The position numbers were made by a program, and so were the translations under genes. Shown one piece after another: positions 47,552 through 64,000 of a DNA stretch of 64,000 nucleotides; the stretch's first letter is position 1, and each line of letters opens with the position of its first letter. Below the pieces are notes generated by a model that ran no database searches, was not told the DNA's origin, and worked only from the letters and a program-made list of their open reading frames with translations. The stretch is taken from the NCBI RefSeq assembly GCF_055900595.2, contig NZ_CM148325.1; one strand, 5' to 3'.

Positions 47552-48153
47552 TGATGAATAAAATCAGACTTTATATTCCTCCGTTAATTCTTGGTTTTGT
47601 TATTGTGCCGTTGTTGGTGTGGCCGACGGTGGTTGCGCTGGCTGCTTCTGTTATCACGCTGAGTTTTCTGGGAGAGATACTGTTCTCTATCCCGCTCATG
47701 ATCAGGCGTATTTCACTTCTGCAATTACAACTATGGTTATCGGCTGAATATGCGCTTTTCTGCTGTGCAATGGTGGGCGTTGGTTGGCAATTTGCTCGTA
47801 TAACTCAATCTGAATTGAAAAGCAGACTGCATTGTTGGCTGGTATTTGCACCAGTTTATTTCTGGTTGCTCCTGTGGAATATCATTTTCTATGTCGCGCC
47901 AGCGAATATTGCGTTGCTGGAGAATATGCGCAGTTTCTTTCTGACAGTTGTCTGGCTCCCACTAAATTTTTCGCCATTTTGGTCTCAACCGTGGATTGAC
48001 TTTGTCGGTCCAATAAGCGCACAGCTTGGTTTTGCGTTGGGATATTATTGCCAGTGGCGTAGCAAAAATAGAAGCCAGATACGGAAGTGGAGTGAGTGGG
48101 GAACGTGCCTGAGTTTTGTTACGTTGGGTATGATGGCGTGGGCTTTGCGGTAA
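47551..48153 (+). CDS. Hypothetical polytopic membrane protein (200 aa)
   Basis: Start overlaps the preceding stop (TAATG); 5-6 hydrophobic helices; loosely resembles the N-terminal domain of the 505-aa ORF. Confidence 0.7.
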   Translation: MMNKIRLYIPPLILGFVIVPLLVWPTVVALAASVITLSFLGEILFSIPLMIRRISLLQLQLWLSAEYALFCCAMVGVGWQFARITQSELKSRLHCWLVFAPVYFWLLLWNIIFYVAPANIALLENMRSFFLTVVWLPLNFSPFWSQPWIDFVGPISAQLGFALGYYCQWRSKNRSQIRKWSEWGTCLSFVTLGMMAWALR

Positions 48154-48202
48154 TTCCCTGACTCAAAAAGTAGGTCAGATTGTTGACAAAGTGCGCTTTG
48201 TT

Positions 48203-48301
48203 CATGCCGGATGCGACATGAACGTCTTATTGGCCTACAAGACCATGCAAATTCAATATATTGCATAAGCCACGTAGGCCTGATAAGCGTAGCGCATCAG
48301 G
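48203..48301. repeat. Pair of REP elements (BIME) followed by a T-tract
   Basis: tgccggatgcgacatgaacgtcttattggcctaca and cgtaggcctgataagcgtagcgcatcaggca then GTTTTTTG. Confidence 0.85.
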
Positions 48302-48323
48302 CAGTTTTTTGTTTATCATCAGT

Positions 48324-48347
48324 CTCAGGTCAGATTGAAATCTGACC
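48324..48347. other. Near-perfect 24-bp palindrome downstream of glpD, no U-tract on either strand
   Basis: CAGGTCAGATT-ga-AATCTGACCTG. Confidence 0.5.
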
Positions 48348-48365
48348 TGGCCACCTTACGTTAAT

Positions 48366-49871
48366 TTACGACGCCAGCGACAACCTCTGCTGCGTATATT
48401 CCCCTAGCCACTGACTCACACGGGATTGTTGCTGCGCATTCAGCCACATGCCTTGTTTTGTGCGACGCCACAGGGCATCGTCGGCGCGGCGGACCCATTC
48501 GTGGTCGACCAGATATTTCAGCTCCGCTTCGTAGAACTCATGACCGAAATCCTCCCCGAGGTCGCTTACCGCCCCCGCGTTGCCGAGCAGCAGCTCGCTA
48601 TTGCTGCCGTAAGTGCGTGCGTAATGACGTGCCAGCGATTCAGTCAGGAACGGGTAACGGCGGCGCAGGCGGGCGGCATAATCGTCGCGATCGCCTTCAA
48701 TGGCACCACCCGGCAGCACGCTCTCTTTCGTCCACGCCGGGCCAATGCCCTGATAATACGGCGTCAGTTTTTCCAGCGCGTGCTCCGCCAGTTTGCGGTA
48801 GGTGGTCAGCTTACCGCCGAATACTGATAACAGCGGAGCTTTGCCGTTTTCATCATGGATATCAAGGGTGTAATCACGGGTAATGGCCTGCGGCGAATCG
48901 GACTCATCATCACACAGTGGACGCACGCCGGAGTAGGTCCAGACGATATCATCCCGGCTTAGCTGCTTTTTAAAGTGCGCGTTATACACTTTCAGCAGGT
49001 AATTGATTTCACTCTCTTCAATCTTCACCGCTTTCGGATCGCCTTTATACTCCACATCGGTGGTACCGATAATGGAAAACTCGTCCATCCACGGGATCAC
49101 GAACACAATACGCTTATCTTCGTTTTGCAGAATGTAGGCCTGCTTTTGGGTATGCACGCGCGGCACCACAATATGGCTGCCTTTGATCAGGCGAATGCCA
49201 TAAGGCGAAGGCAGATGCATCCCGTCGTCGAAGAACTGTTTCACCCACGGGCCGGTGGCATTCACCAGACCGCGTGCCTGCCAGCTGTATTTTTTACCGG
49301 TATCAATATCTTCTGCTTCTACAATCCACAGGCCGTTTTCGCGGCGAGCAGAAGTGGCGCGAGTCCGGGTAAGCACTTCACCGCCTTTACGCACCACCAT
49401 CTGGGCGTTGGCGAGTACCAGACGCGCATCGTCTACCCAACAGTCGGAATATTCGAATCCGCGCTTAATTTCCGGTTTTAACACTGAATTTGCGCCAAAA
49501 CGCAAACCGGTAGATCCCGGCAGGCTGGTACGCTTACCCAGATGATCGTACATAAACAGACCAATACGGATCATCCACGCCGGACGCAGATGCGGGCGAT
49601 GCGGCAGGCGAAAACGCATCGGGAAAGCGATATGGGGAGCCATTTTCAGCAACACTTCACGTTCAGCCAGCGCCTCGCTGACCAGGCGGAATTCATAGTG
49701 CTCAAGGTAGCGAAGGCCACCATGAATGAGTTTTGAACTGGCGGAAGAGGTCGCACAAGCGAGATCCTGCGCCTCCAGCATCAGCACGGATAAACCGCGT
49801 CCAGCGGCGTCTGCCGCGATACCAGCACCATTGATGCCGCCACCTATCACAATCAGATCTTTGGTTTCCAT
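48366..49871 (-). CDS. glpD: Aerobic glycerol-3-phosphate dehydrogenase
   Basis: Start at internal Met METKDLIVIGGGINGAGIA (FAD-binding). Confidence 0.96.
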   Translation of the reverse strand: METKDLIVIGGGINGAGIAADAAGRGLSVLMLEAQDLACATSSASSKLIHGGLRYLEHYEFRLVSEALAEREVLLKMAPHIAFPMRFRLPHRPHLRPAWMIRIGLFMYDHLGKRTSLPGSTGLRFGANSVLKPEIKRGFEYSDCWVDDARLVLANAQMVVRKGGEVLTRTRATSARRENGLWIVEAEDIDTGKKYSWQARGLVNATGPWVKQFFDDGMHLPSPYGIRLIKGSHIVVPRVHTQKQAYILQNEDKRIVFVIPWMDEFSIIGTTDVEYKGDPKAVKIEESEINYLLKVYNAHFKKQLSRDDIVWTYSGVRPLCDDESDSPQAITRDYTLDIHDENGKAPLLSVFGGKLTTYRKLAEHALEKLTPYYQGIGPAWTKESVLPGGAIEGDRDDYAARLRRRYPFLTESLARHYARTYGSNSELLLGNAGAVSDLGEDFGHEFYEAELKYLVDHEWVRRADDALWRRTKQGMWLNAQQQSRVSQWLGEYTQQRLSLAS

Positions 49872-49904
49872 GCTGCCCTCATTCACTTTCGTTAAAGCTC
49901 ATAA

Positions 49905-49922
49905 ATGTTCGTTATCGAACAT
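49905..49922. promoter_or_regulatory. GlpR operator palindrome in the glpD / glpE divergent region
   Basis: ATGTTCGTTATCGAACAT, about 35 bp upstream of the glpD start. Confidence 0.7.
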
Positions 49923-49982
49923 ATTAGCAAAGAATCGCGCTTTAGGTAACATTGAAAAAACATTTTAGAGTGATATGTATAA

Positions 49983-50387
<405 letters not shown>

Positions 50388-50419
50388 CGCTTTATACTGT
50401 CCCCTTTTGTGTGGAATAA

Positions 50420-51262
<843 letters not shown>

Positions 51263-51278
51263 TTCCAGGGATTTATAA

Positions 51279-52037
51279 ATGAAACAAACACAACGTCACA
51301 ACGGTATTATTGAACTGGTTAAACAGCAGGGTTATGTCAGCACCGAAGAACTGGTGGAACACTTCTCCGTCAGTCCGCAGACTATTCGTCGTGACCTCAA
51401 CGAGCTGGCGGAGCAAAACCTGATCCTGCGTCACCATGGCGGCGCGGCACTGCCTTCCAGTTCGGTTAACACGCCGTGGCACGATCGTAAGGCCACCCAG
51501 ACCGAAGAAAAAGAGCGTATTGCCCGCAAAGTGGCGGAGCAAATTCCTAACGGCTCGACGCTATTTATTGATATCGGCACCACGCCGGAAGCGGTGGCGC
51601 ACGCGCTGCTTAATCACAGCAATTTGCGCATTGTGACCAACAATCTCAACGTCGCTAACACGCTGATGGTAAAAGAAGATTTTCGCATCATTCTTGCAGG
51701 TGGCGAATTACGCAGCCGCGATGGTGGGATCATTGGCGAAGCGACGCTCGATTTTATCTCCCAGTTCCGCCTTGATTTCGGGATTCTGGGGATCAGCGGC
51801 ATCGATAGCGACGGCTCGCTGCTGGAGTTCGATTACCACGAAGTTCGCACCAAACGCGCTATTATTGAGAACTCGCGCCACGTTATGCTGGTTGTCGATC
51901 ACTCGAAATTTGGCCGTAATGCGATGGTCAATATGGGCAGCATCAGCATGGTCGATGCCGTCTACACCGACGCCCCGCCACCAGCGAGCGTGATGCAGGT
52001 GCTGACAGACCATCATATTCAGCTGGAGCTGTGCTGA
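51279..52037 (+). CDS. glpR: Glycerol-3-phosphate regulon repressor (DeoR family)
   Basis: 252 aa, N-terminal HTH. Confidence 0.95.
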   Translation: MKQTQRHNGIIELVKQQGYVSTEELVEHFSVSPQTIRRDLNELAEQNLILRHHGGAALPSSSVNTPWHDRKATQTEEKERIARKVAEQIPNGSTLFIDIGTTPEAVAHALLNHSNLRIVTNNLNVANTLMVKEDFRIILAGGELRSRDGGIIGEATLDFISQFRLDFGILGISGIDSDGSLLEFDYHEVRTKRAIIENSRHVMLVVDHSKFGRNAMVNMGSISMVDAVYTDAPPPASVMQVLTDHHIQLELC

Positions 52038-53617
52038 TCCTGCACGGCTTCCCACGTCAGACCAAAACGCGCCAGGTATTTGCGTAGCCGATCCGCGTCG
52101 TTGACGCTGGCTTTGCCCTGGCGCGAAACATCAAAGAGTTCACGCCCGGCAGCGGAAAGCGATTTTGCCTGACGGCAGATAGCGATAACGTGTTCCAGTT
52201 GCAGCCGATCAAAGAGGTCGATGTTTTCCGCTTCAGCGCCCAGTAGCTGCTTAAGCGCAGAAGAGCGGCTATCCTGCCAGTTGTAGCGTAGACGGTTTAT
52301 CTCATCTTCTACGGTTTCAAGGGTGATACGCCCACTATCGGCAAACGTCGCCATGCGTGTGACGCTGGCAGAAAGCTCGCGAAAGTTACCGCGCCATGTT
52401 GCCTGGGGAGATGTCGCAAAGGCCAGCCAGGCGCGCCTCGCTTCGGTGTTAAAACGTACGCTGTCGCCGGTGAGTGAGGCGTGGCGCTCCACTTCATAAT
52501 CCAGGTTCGGTTCAATATCTTCCTGGCGCTGGCGTAGACCCGGCAGGGTGAAGGTCCAGAGATTGATCCGCGCGTACAGGTCTTCGCGAAATTTGCCTTC
52601 GGCAACCAGCTGACGCAAATCGCGCACCGTTCCGGCGATCAGCTGAAAATCACTGCTCACCTGGCGATCGCTACCAAACGGGTAAAAGGTTTTCTCTTCA
52701 ATGGCTTTCAGCAACATCGCCTGTTCGTCTGCGCCCAGTTCGCCAATCTCATCAAGAAACAACATGCCACCGTTGGCGCTGCGTAATAATCCTTCACGAG
52801 ATTCCCGCGCCCCGGTGAACGCGCCTTTCACATGACCAAACAGCGCGGACATGGCGGTATCGCCACGCAGAGTGGCGCAGTTCACTTCCACAAACTCGCC
52901 GCTAAACTGATGCCTCGCCTGTTTTAACTCGAAGATGCGTCGTGCCAGAAACGACTTTCCCGCACCAGTTGGGCCGTTGAGCAGGATCGGCGCGCGGGAT
53001 CTAATCGCCACTTTTTCGATCTGCTCAATCATGCGGTTGAAATGGGAGTTACGCGTGGCAATGCCGGATTTGAGGAAATCGAGGGTTTGCTGGCGTTCTT
53101 CGGCAAAGCGGCTGGCAATAGCGTTATAACGGCTTAAATCGAGATCGATAATCGTCACCGCACCAGGGCTGTTGGGCTGTTCTTTTTTACGCGGTGGCGA
53201 AGATTGTATTAACCTGGCGGGCAGGTAACGCGCTTCCGCCAGCAGAAACCAGCAAATCTGCGCGACGTGGGTACCGGTGGTGATGTGAATTAAATAGTCT
53301 TCTTTATCAGGTTCGAACGCGTAACCACGGGCGAAATCATGCAGGCAGGCGTAAACCTCCTCGAAATCCCACGGGTTATGCAGTTCAATCTCAACGCTCA
53401 CCACTTCTGTTTCTGGCGAAACATTGGCGATATCGCGTTTAAGCGTTTCAAACAGCGAGCGTGAGCGGGCGTCGTGCAACAATTCCAGTCGATTGATGAC
53501 TAACGATTCTTGCTGGCATAGACAGAGTGACGGACGCCATTTCGACCATCGCTGACTGCCGCGCCCGGCATAATCCAGTACGGTGCCGACAAAGCCAAAA
53601 GCCACTGTTTTACGCAT
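52019..53617 (-). CDS. rtcR: sigma-54-dependent transcriptional activator RtcR
   Basis: 532 aa; AAA+ Walker A GPTGAGKS and GAFTGA loop. Confidence 0.95.
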   Translation of the reverse strand: MRKTVAFGFVGTVLDYAGRGSQRWSKWRPSLCLCQQESLVINRLELLHDARSRSLFETLKRDIANVSPETEVVSVEIELHNPWDFEEVYACLHDFARGYAFEPDKEDYLIHITTGTHVAQICWFLLAEARYLPARLIQSSPPRKKEQPNSPGAVTIIDLDLSRYNAIASRFAEERQQTLDFLKSGIATRNSHFNRMIEQIEKVAIRSRAPILLNGPTGAGKSFLARRIFELKQARHQFSGEFVEVNCATLRGDTAMSALFGHVKGAFTGARESREGLLRSANGGMLFLDEIGELGADEQAMLLKAIEEKTFYPFGSDRQVSSDFQLIAGTVRDLRQLVAEGKFREDLYARINLWTFTLPGLRQRQEDIEPNLDYEVERHASLTGDSVRFNTEARRAWLAFATSPQATWRGNFRELSASVTRMATFADSGRITLETVEDEINRLRYNWQDSRSSALKQLLGAEAENIDLFDRLQLEHVIAICRQAKSLSAAGRELFDVSRQGKASVNDADRLRKYLARFGLTWEAVQDQHSSS

Positions 53618-53750
53618 CTTAGATATCCTTATAAAAGACGATATTTCATTATCGGCGAATTGGCTTTGCGGGAAATCTCCGCTTACGGACGTAAAGATTT
53701 AATCTATTAAAAACAATGAATTAAAAAATTAAGCTGCTTATTTAATTTTC

Positions 53751-53766
53751 TGGCACGACGGTTGCA
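53751..53766 (+). promoter_or_regulatory. sigma-54 (-24/-12) promoter of rtcBA
   Basis: TGGCAC-gacgg-TTGCA, about 40 bp upstream of rtcB. Confidence 0.85.
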
Positions 53767-53804
53767 ATTATCTGGACAGCAAACAACGAAAAGAGAAAAA
53801 CAAA

Positions 53805-55031
53805 ATGAATTACGAATTACTGACCACTGAAAATGCCCCGGTAAAAATGTGGACCAAAGGCGTGCCGGTAGAGGCCGATGCGCGTCAGCAACTTATTAAT
53901 ACGGCGAAGATGCCGTTTATTTTCAAACATATTGCGGTAATGCCGGATGTACACCTGGGTAAAGGTTCCACCATTGGTAGCGTGATCCCAACCAAAGGAG
54001 CGATTATTCCGGCGGCGGTGGGGGTAGATATCGGTTGTGGAATGAACGCACTGCGAACTGCGTTAACGGCGGCTGACCTGCCTGAAAACCTGGCGGAGCT
54101 GCGTCAGGCGATTGAAACTGCCGTGCCGCACGGACGTTCCAATAATCGTAGCCGTCGTGATAAAGGCGCATGGGAGCATCCGCCTGTTAACGTCGATGCG
54201 AAATGGGCTGAGCTTGAAGCCGGTTATCAGTGGTTAACGCAAAAATATCCGCGTTTCCTTAACACTAATAACTATAAATATCTGGGAACGCTGGGAACGG
54301 GTAACCACTTTATTGAAATCTGCCTTGATGAGTCGGACCAGGTGTGGATTATGCTGCACTCCGGTTCACGCGGAATTGGTAATGCCATCGGGACTTACTT
54401 TATCGATCTGGCACAAAAAGAGATGCAGGAAACGCTTGAAACGTTGCCATCGCGTGACCTGGCGTACTTTATGGAAGGTACGGAATACTTTGATGATTAC
54501 CTGAAAGCGGTGGCCTGGGCGCAGCTTTTTGCCAGCCTTAACCGCGATGCGATGATGGAAAACGTGGTAACGGCGTTGCAGAGCGTTACGCAGAAAACGG
54601 TAAGACAGCCACAAACACTGGCGATGGAAGAGATCAACTGTCACCACAACTATGTGCAAAAAGAACAGCACTTTGGCGAAGAGATCTATGTGACGCGTAA
54701 AGGCGCGGTGTCTGCGTGTGCTGGTCAATATGGAATTATTCCCGGTTCGATGGGGGCGAAAAGCTTTATTGTCCGTGGGCTGGGAAATGAAGAGTCGTTC
54801 TGTTCGTGCAGCCACGGTGCCGGGCGGGTAATGAGCCGTACTAAAGCGAAAAAACTGTTCAGCGTGGAAGATCAAATTCGTGCTACCGCGCATGTGGAAT
54901 GCCGTAAAGATGCCGAAGTGATCGACGAAATCCCGATGGCGTATAAAGATATCGACGCGGTGATGGCGGCACAAAGCGATCTGGTGGAAGTAATCTACAC
55001 CCTGCGTCAGGTGGTGTGTGTAAAAGGATAA
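53805..55031 (+). CDS. rtcB: RNA-splicing ligase RtcB
   Basis: 408 aa, conserved His/Cys metal-ligand pattern. Confidence 0.95.
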   Translation: MNYELLTTENAPVKMWTKGVPVEADARQQLINTAKMPFIFKHIAVMPDVHLGKGSTIGSVIPTKGAIIPAAVGVDIGCGMNALRTALTAADLPENLAELRQAIETAVPHGRSNNRSRRDKGAWEHPPVNVDAKWAELEAGYQWLTQKYPRFLNTNNYKYLGTLGTGNHFIEICLDESDQVWIMLHSGSRGIGNAIGTYFIDLAQKEMQETLETLPSRDLAYFMEGTEYFDDYLKAVAWAQLFASLNRDAMMENVVTALQSVTQKTVRQPQTLAMEEINCHHNYVQKEQHFGEEIYVTRKGAVSACAGQYGIIPGSMGAKSFIVRGLGNEESFCSCSHGAGRVMSRTKAKKLFSVEDQIRATAHVECRKDAEVIDEIPMAYKDIDAVMAAQSDLVEVIYTLRQVVCVKG

Positions 55032-56051
<1,020 letters not shown>

Positions 56052-56093
56052 TGCAGAGATGTAAGCCGGATCCGACGTATTATCCGGCTAAAC

Positions 56094-58805
<2,712 letters not shown>

Positions 58806-58911
58806 TCACTTCACTGTGGAAAATGAGGAAATATTATTTTTTTTGCGCTTCGTAATTAATGGTTATAAGGTCGGCCAGAAACCCTTCTAATGCAAGCGAT
58901 GACGTTTTTTT

Positions 58912-58942
58912 ATGTGTCTGAATTTGCACTGTGTCACAATTC
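58912..58942. promoter_or_regulatory. Possible CRP-like site in the malT upstream region
   Basis: tgtgtctgaatttgcactgtgtcacaattc contains TCACA and TGTGT half-site-like motifs; weak match. Confidence 0.3.
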
Positions 58943-59308
58943 CAAATGTTTATTAACAACTCACCTAATAACGACGCTGATGCAGCGTGAATACTGGGTT
59001 TTACGGTATTTTCCTCATGTTCATCAGTTTCATTTAAGCAAGGGAGTCTTCTCAATTCCTGATGAAAGAGCCATCTAAAAAGAGGATCTTAATAAACCTA
59101 TTAAGAATGAGATGGAGCAAACTGGATGTTTTACTTATGAAACTGTTTCACTCCTTTACTTAATTTATAGAGTTACCTTCCGCCTTTTGAAAATACACAA
59201 CGGCCATTTTTTGCACTTAGATACAGATTTTCTGCGCTGTATGGCATTGATTTGCTGCTAATCCTGTGGATTGCACTAGGTTTAAGTGGTCGAGATCACA
59301 TTTCCTTG

Positions 59309-59351
59309 CTCATCCCCGCAACTCCTCCCTGCCTAATCCCCCGCAGGATGA
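59309..59351 (+). promoter_or_regulatory. MalT boxes of the malPQ promoter
   Basis: GGATGA / GGAGGA hexamers in both orientations (ctcatcc, ctcctcc, ggatgagg), 70-115 bp upstream of malP. Confidence 0.7.
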
Positions 59352-59398
59352 GGAAGGTCAACATCGAGCCTGGCAAACTAGCGATAACGTTGTGTTGA

Positions 59399-61816
<2,418 letters not shown>

Positions 61817-61825
61817 GGAAGCTCG

Positions 61826-63910
61826 ATGGAAAGCAAACGTCTGGATAATGCCGCGCTGGCGGCGGGGATCAGCCCCAATTACATCAATGCCCACGGTAAA
61901 CCGCAGTCGATTAGCGCCGAAACCAAACGGCGTTTGCTTGACGCGATGCATCAACGTACCGCCACGAAAGTGGCGGTAACGCCAGTCCCGAATGTCATGG
62001 TCTATACCAGCGGCAAAAAAATGCCGATGGCGGTGGAGGGCAGCGGCGAATATAGCTGGCTGCTGACCACCGAAGAAGGAACGCAGTACAAAGGCCATGT
62101 AACGGGGGGCAAAGCGTTCAATTTACCGACGAAGTTGCCGGAAGGTTATCACACGTTGACACTCACCCAGGACGACCAGCGCGCGCATTGTCGGGTGATT
62201 GTCGCCCCGAAACGCTGTTACGAACCGCAGGCGTTGCTGAATAAACAAAAGCTGTGGGGCGCCTGCGTCCAGCTTTATACGCTGCGATCGGAAAAAAACT
62301 GGGGTATTGGGGATTTTGGCGATCTCAAAGTGATGCTGGTGGATGTGGCAAAACGTGGCGGGGCTTTCATCGGTCTGAACCCGATTCATGCGCTCTATCC
62401 GGCAAATCCGGAAAGTGCCAGCCCGTATAGCCCGTCTTCTCGTCGCTGGCTAAATGTGGTTTATATCGACGTTAACGCCGTCGAAGATTTCCATCTTAGC
62501 GAAGAGGCTCAGACCTGGTGGCAGTTACCGACCACGCAACAGACGCTGCAACAGGCACGGGATGCCGACTGGGTCGATTACTCCACCGTCACTGCGCTGA
62601 AAATGACAGCATTGCGGATGGCGTGGAAAGGTTTTGCGCAACGTGATGATGAGCAGATGGCCGCGTTTCGCCAGTTTGTTGCAGAGCAGGGCGACAGCCT
62701 GTTCTGGCAGGCGGCGTTTGACGCGTTACATGCCCAGCAAGTGAAAGAAGACGAAATGCGCTGGGGCTGGCCTGCATGGCCAGAGATGTATCAGAACGTG
62801 GATTCACCAGAAGTGCGTCAGTTCTGCGAAGAACATCGTGATGACGTCGATTTTTATCTCTGGTTGCAGTGGCTGGCTTACAGCCAGTTTGCCGCCTGCT
62901 GGGAGATAAGCCAGGGCCATGAAATGCCGATTGGCTTGTACCGTGATCTGGCGGTTGGCGTAGCAGAGGGTGGAGCAGAAACCTGGTGCGACCGGGAGTT
63001 GTATTGCCTGAAAGCGTCGGTGGGCGCGCCGCCGGATATCCTCGGCCCGTTGGGGCAGAACTGGGGATTGCCGCCGATGGATCCGCATATCATCACCGCG
63101 CGTGCCTATGAACCGTTTATCGAGCTGTTGCGTGCCAATATGCAAAACTGCGGCGCGTTGCGAATTGACCATGTGATGTCGATGCTGCGTTTGTGGTGGA
63201 TACCGTATGGCGAGACGGCAGATCAGGGCGCGTATGTTCACTATCCGGTAGATGATCTGCTCTCGATTCTGGCACTCGAAAGTAAGCGCCATCGCTGCAT
63301 GGTGATTGGTGAAGACCTCGGCACTGTACCGGTAGAGATTGTCGGTAAACTGCGCAGCAGCGGTGTGTACTCCTACAAAGTGCTCTATTTCGAAAGCGAC
63401 CACGAGAAGACATTCCGCGCGCCGAAAGCGTATCCGGAGCAGTCGATGGCGGTTGCGGCGACACACGACCTGCCTACACTGCGTGGCTACTGGGAGAGCG
63501 GGGATTTAACACTGGGCAAAACGCTGGGGCTGTACCCGGATGAAGTGGTATTGCGCGGTCTGTATCAGGATCGCGAACTGGCGAAGCAAGGGTTACTGGA
63601 TGCACTGCATAAACATGGTTGCCTGCCAAAACGTGCGGGGCATAAGGCATCGTTAATGTCGATGACGCCGATGCTTAATCGTGGTTTGCAACGTTATATC
63701 GCTGATAGTAACAGTGCTCTGTTAGGGCTTCAGCCAGAAGACTGGCTGGATATGGCCGAACCGGTAAATATTCCCGGAACCAGTTACCAGTATAAAAACT
63801 GGCGACGTAAGCTTTCTGCAACGCTTGAGTCGATGTTTGCCGATGATGGCGTGAACAAGTTGCTGAAGGATTTGGACAGACGGCGCAGAGCGGCTGCGAA
63901 GAAGCAGTAG
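61826..63910 (+). CDS. malQ: 4-alpha-glucanotransferase (amylomaltase)
   Basis: 694 aa, GH77. Confidence 0.97.
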   Translation: MESKRLDNAALAAGISPNYINAHGKPQSISAETKRRLLDAMHQRTATKVAVTPVPNVMVYTSGKKMPMAVEGSGEYSWLLTTEEGTQYKGHVTGGKAFNLPTKLPEGYHTLTLTQDDQRAHCRVIVAPKRCYEPQALLNKQKLWGACVQLYTLRSEKNWGIGDFGDLKVMLVDVAKRGGAFIGLNPIHALYPANPESASPYSPSSRRWLNVVYIDVNAVEDFHLSEEAQTWWQLPTTQQTLQQARDADWVDYSTVTALKMTALRMAWKGFAQRDDEQMAAFRQFVAEQGDSLFWQAAFDALHAQQVKEDEMRWGWPAWPEMYQNVDSPEVRQFCEEHRDDVDFYLWLQWLAYSQFAACWEISQGHEMPIGLYRDLAVGVAEGGAETWCDRELYCLKASVGAPPDILGPLGQNWGLPPMDPHIITARAYEPFIELLRANMQNCGALRIDHVMSMLRLWWIPYGETADQGAYVHYPVDDLLSILALESKRHRCMVIGEDLGTVPVEIVGKLRSSGVYSYKVLYFESDHEKTFRAPKAYPEQSMAVAATHDLPTLRGYWESGDLTLGKTLGLYPDEVVLRGLYQDRELAKQGLLDALHKHGCLPKRAGHKASLMSMTPMLNRGLQRYIADSNSALLGLQPEDWLDMAEPVNIPGTSYQYKNWRRKLSATLESMFADDGVNKLLKDLDRRRRAAAKKQ

Positions 63911-63921
63911 AGAGCGGTTGA

Positions 63922-63944
63922 TGCCGGATGCGATGCATCCGGCA
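63922..63944. repeat. REP-like palindromic hairpin downstream of malQ
   Basis: TGCCGGATGC-gat-GCATCCGGCA. Confidence 0.7.
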
Positions 63945-64000
63945 GTCAGTATTATCAAATCACCATATTCAGCAGCAGACAGCCTACCAGACCGCACACC

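Noticed and set aside
58834-59078. Small ORFs (73 aa minus, 62 aa plus) in the 620-bp malT-malP intergenic region
   Set aside because: AT-rich regulatory region; ORFs are short with no RBS and overlap each other.

Overview
This window reads as a largely core Escherichia coli-type chromosomal segment, syntenic with the K-12 yhhS-to-malQ region (about 76-77 min) but in inverted orientation. Gene identities are from recognising the translated ORFs and their order; no search was run. Order: yhhS(partial)-dcrB-yhhQ-tusA-zntA-yhhN-yhhM-yhhL-rsmD-ftsYEX-rpoH-livJ-panM-livKHMGF-ugpBAECQ-yhhA-ggt-yhhY-ryhB-yhhXW-gntRKU-yhgN-asd-glgBXCAP-[3 accessory ORFs]-glpD-glpEGR-rtcR-rtcBA-malT-malPQ. I found no rRNA, tRNA, CRISPR array or IS element. 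The candidate for a previously undescribed system is a three-gene operon at 45016-48153 between glgP and glpD, encoding substrate-binding-like domains attached to polytopic membrane domains with no ABC permease or ATPase. Two further unexplained ORFs are a 248-aa membrane-anchored TPR-like protein between livF and ugpB (19001-19747) and a 102-aa hydrophobic ORF between tusA and zntA (2559-2867). The strain is not K-12 MG1655: the yhhZ-yrhA-IS1-yrhB block that K-12 carries between yhhY and ggt is absent. All K-12 comparisons rest on recalled gene order and need alignment to confirm.
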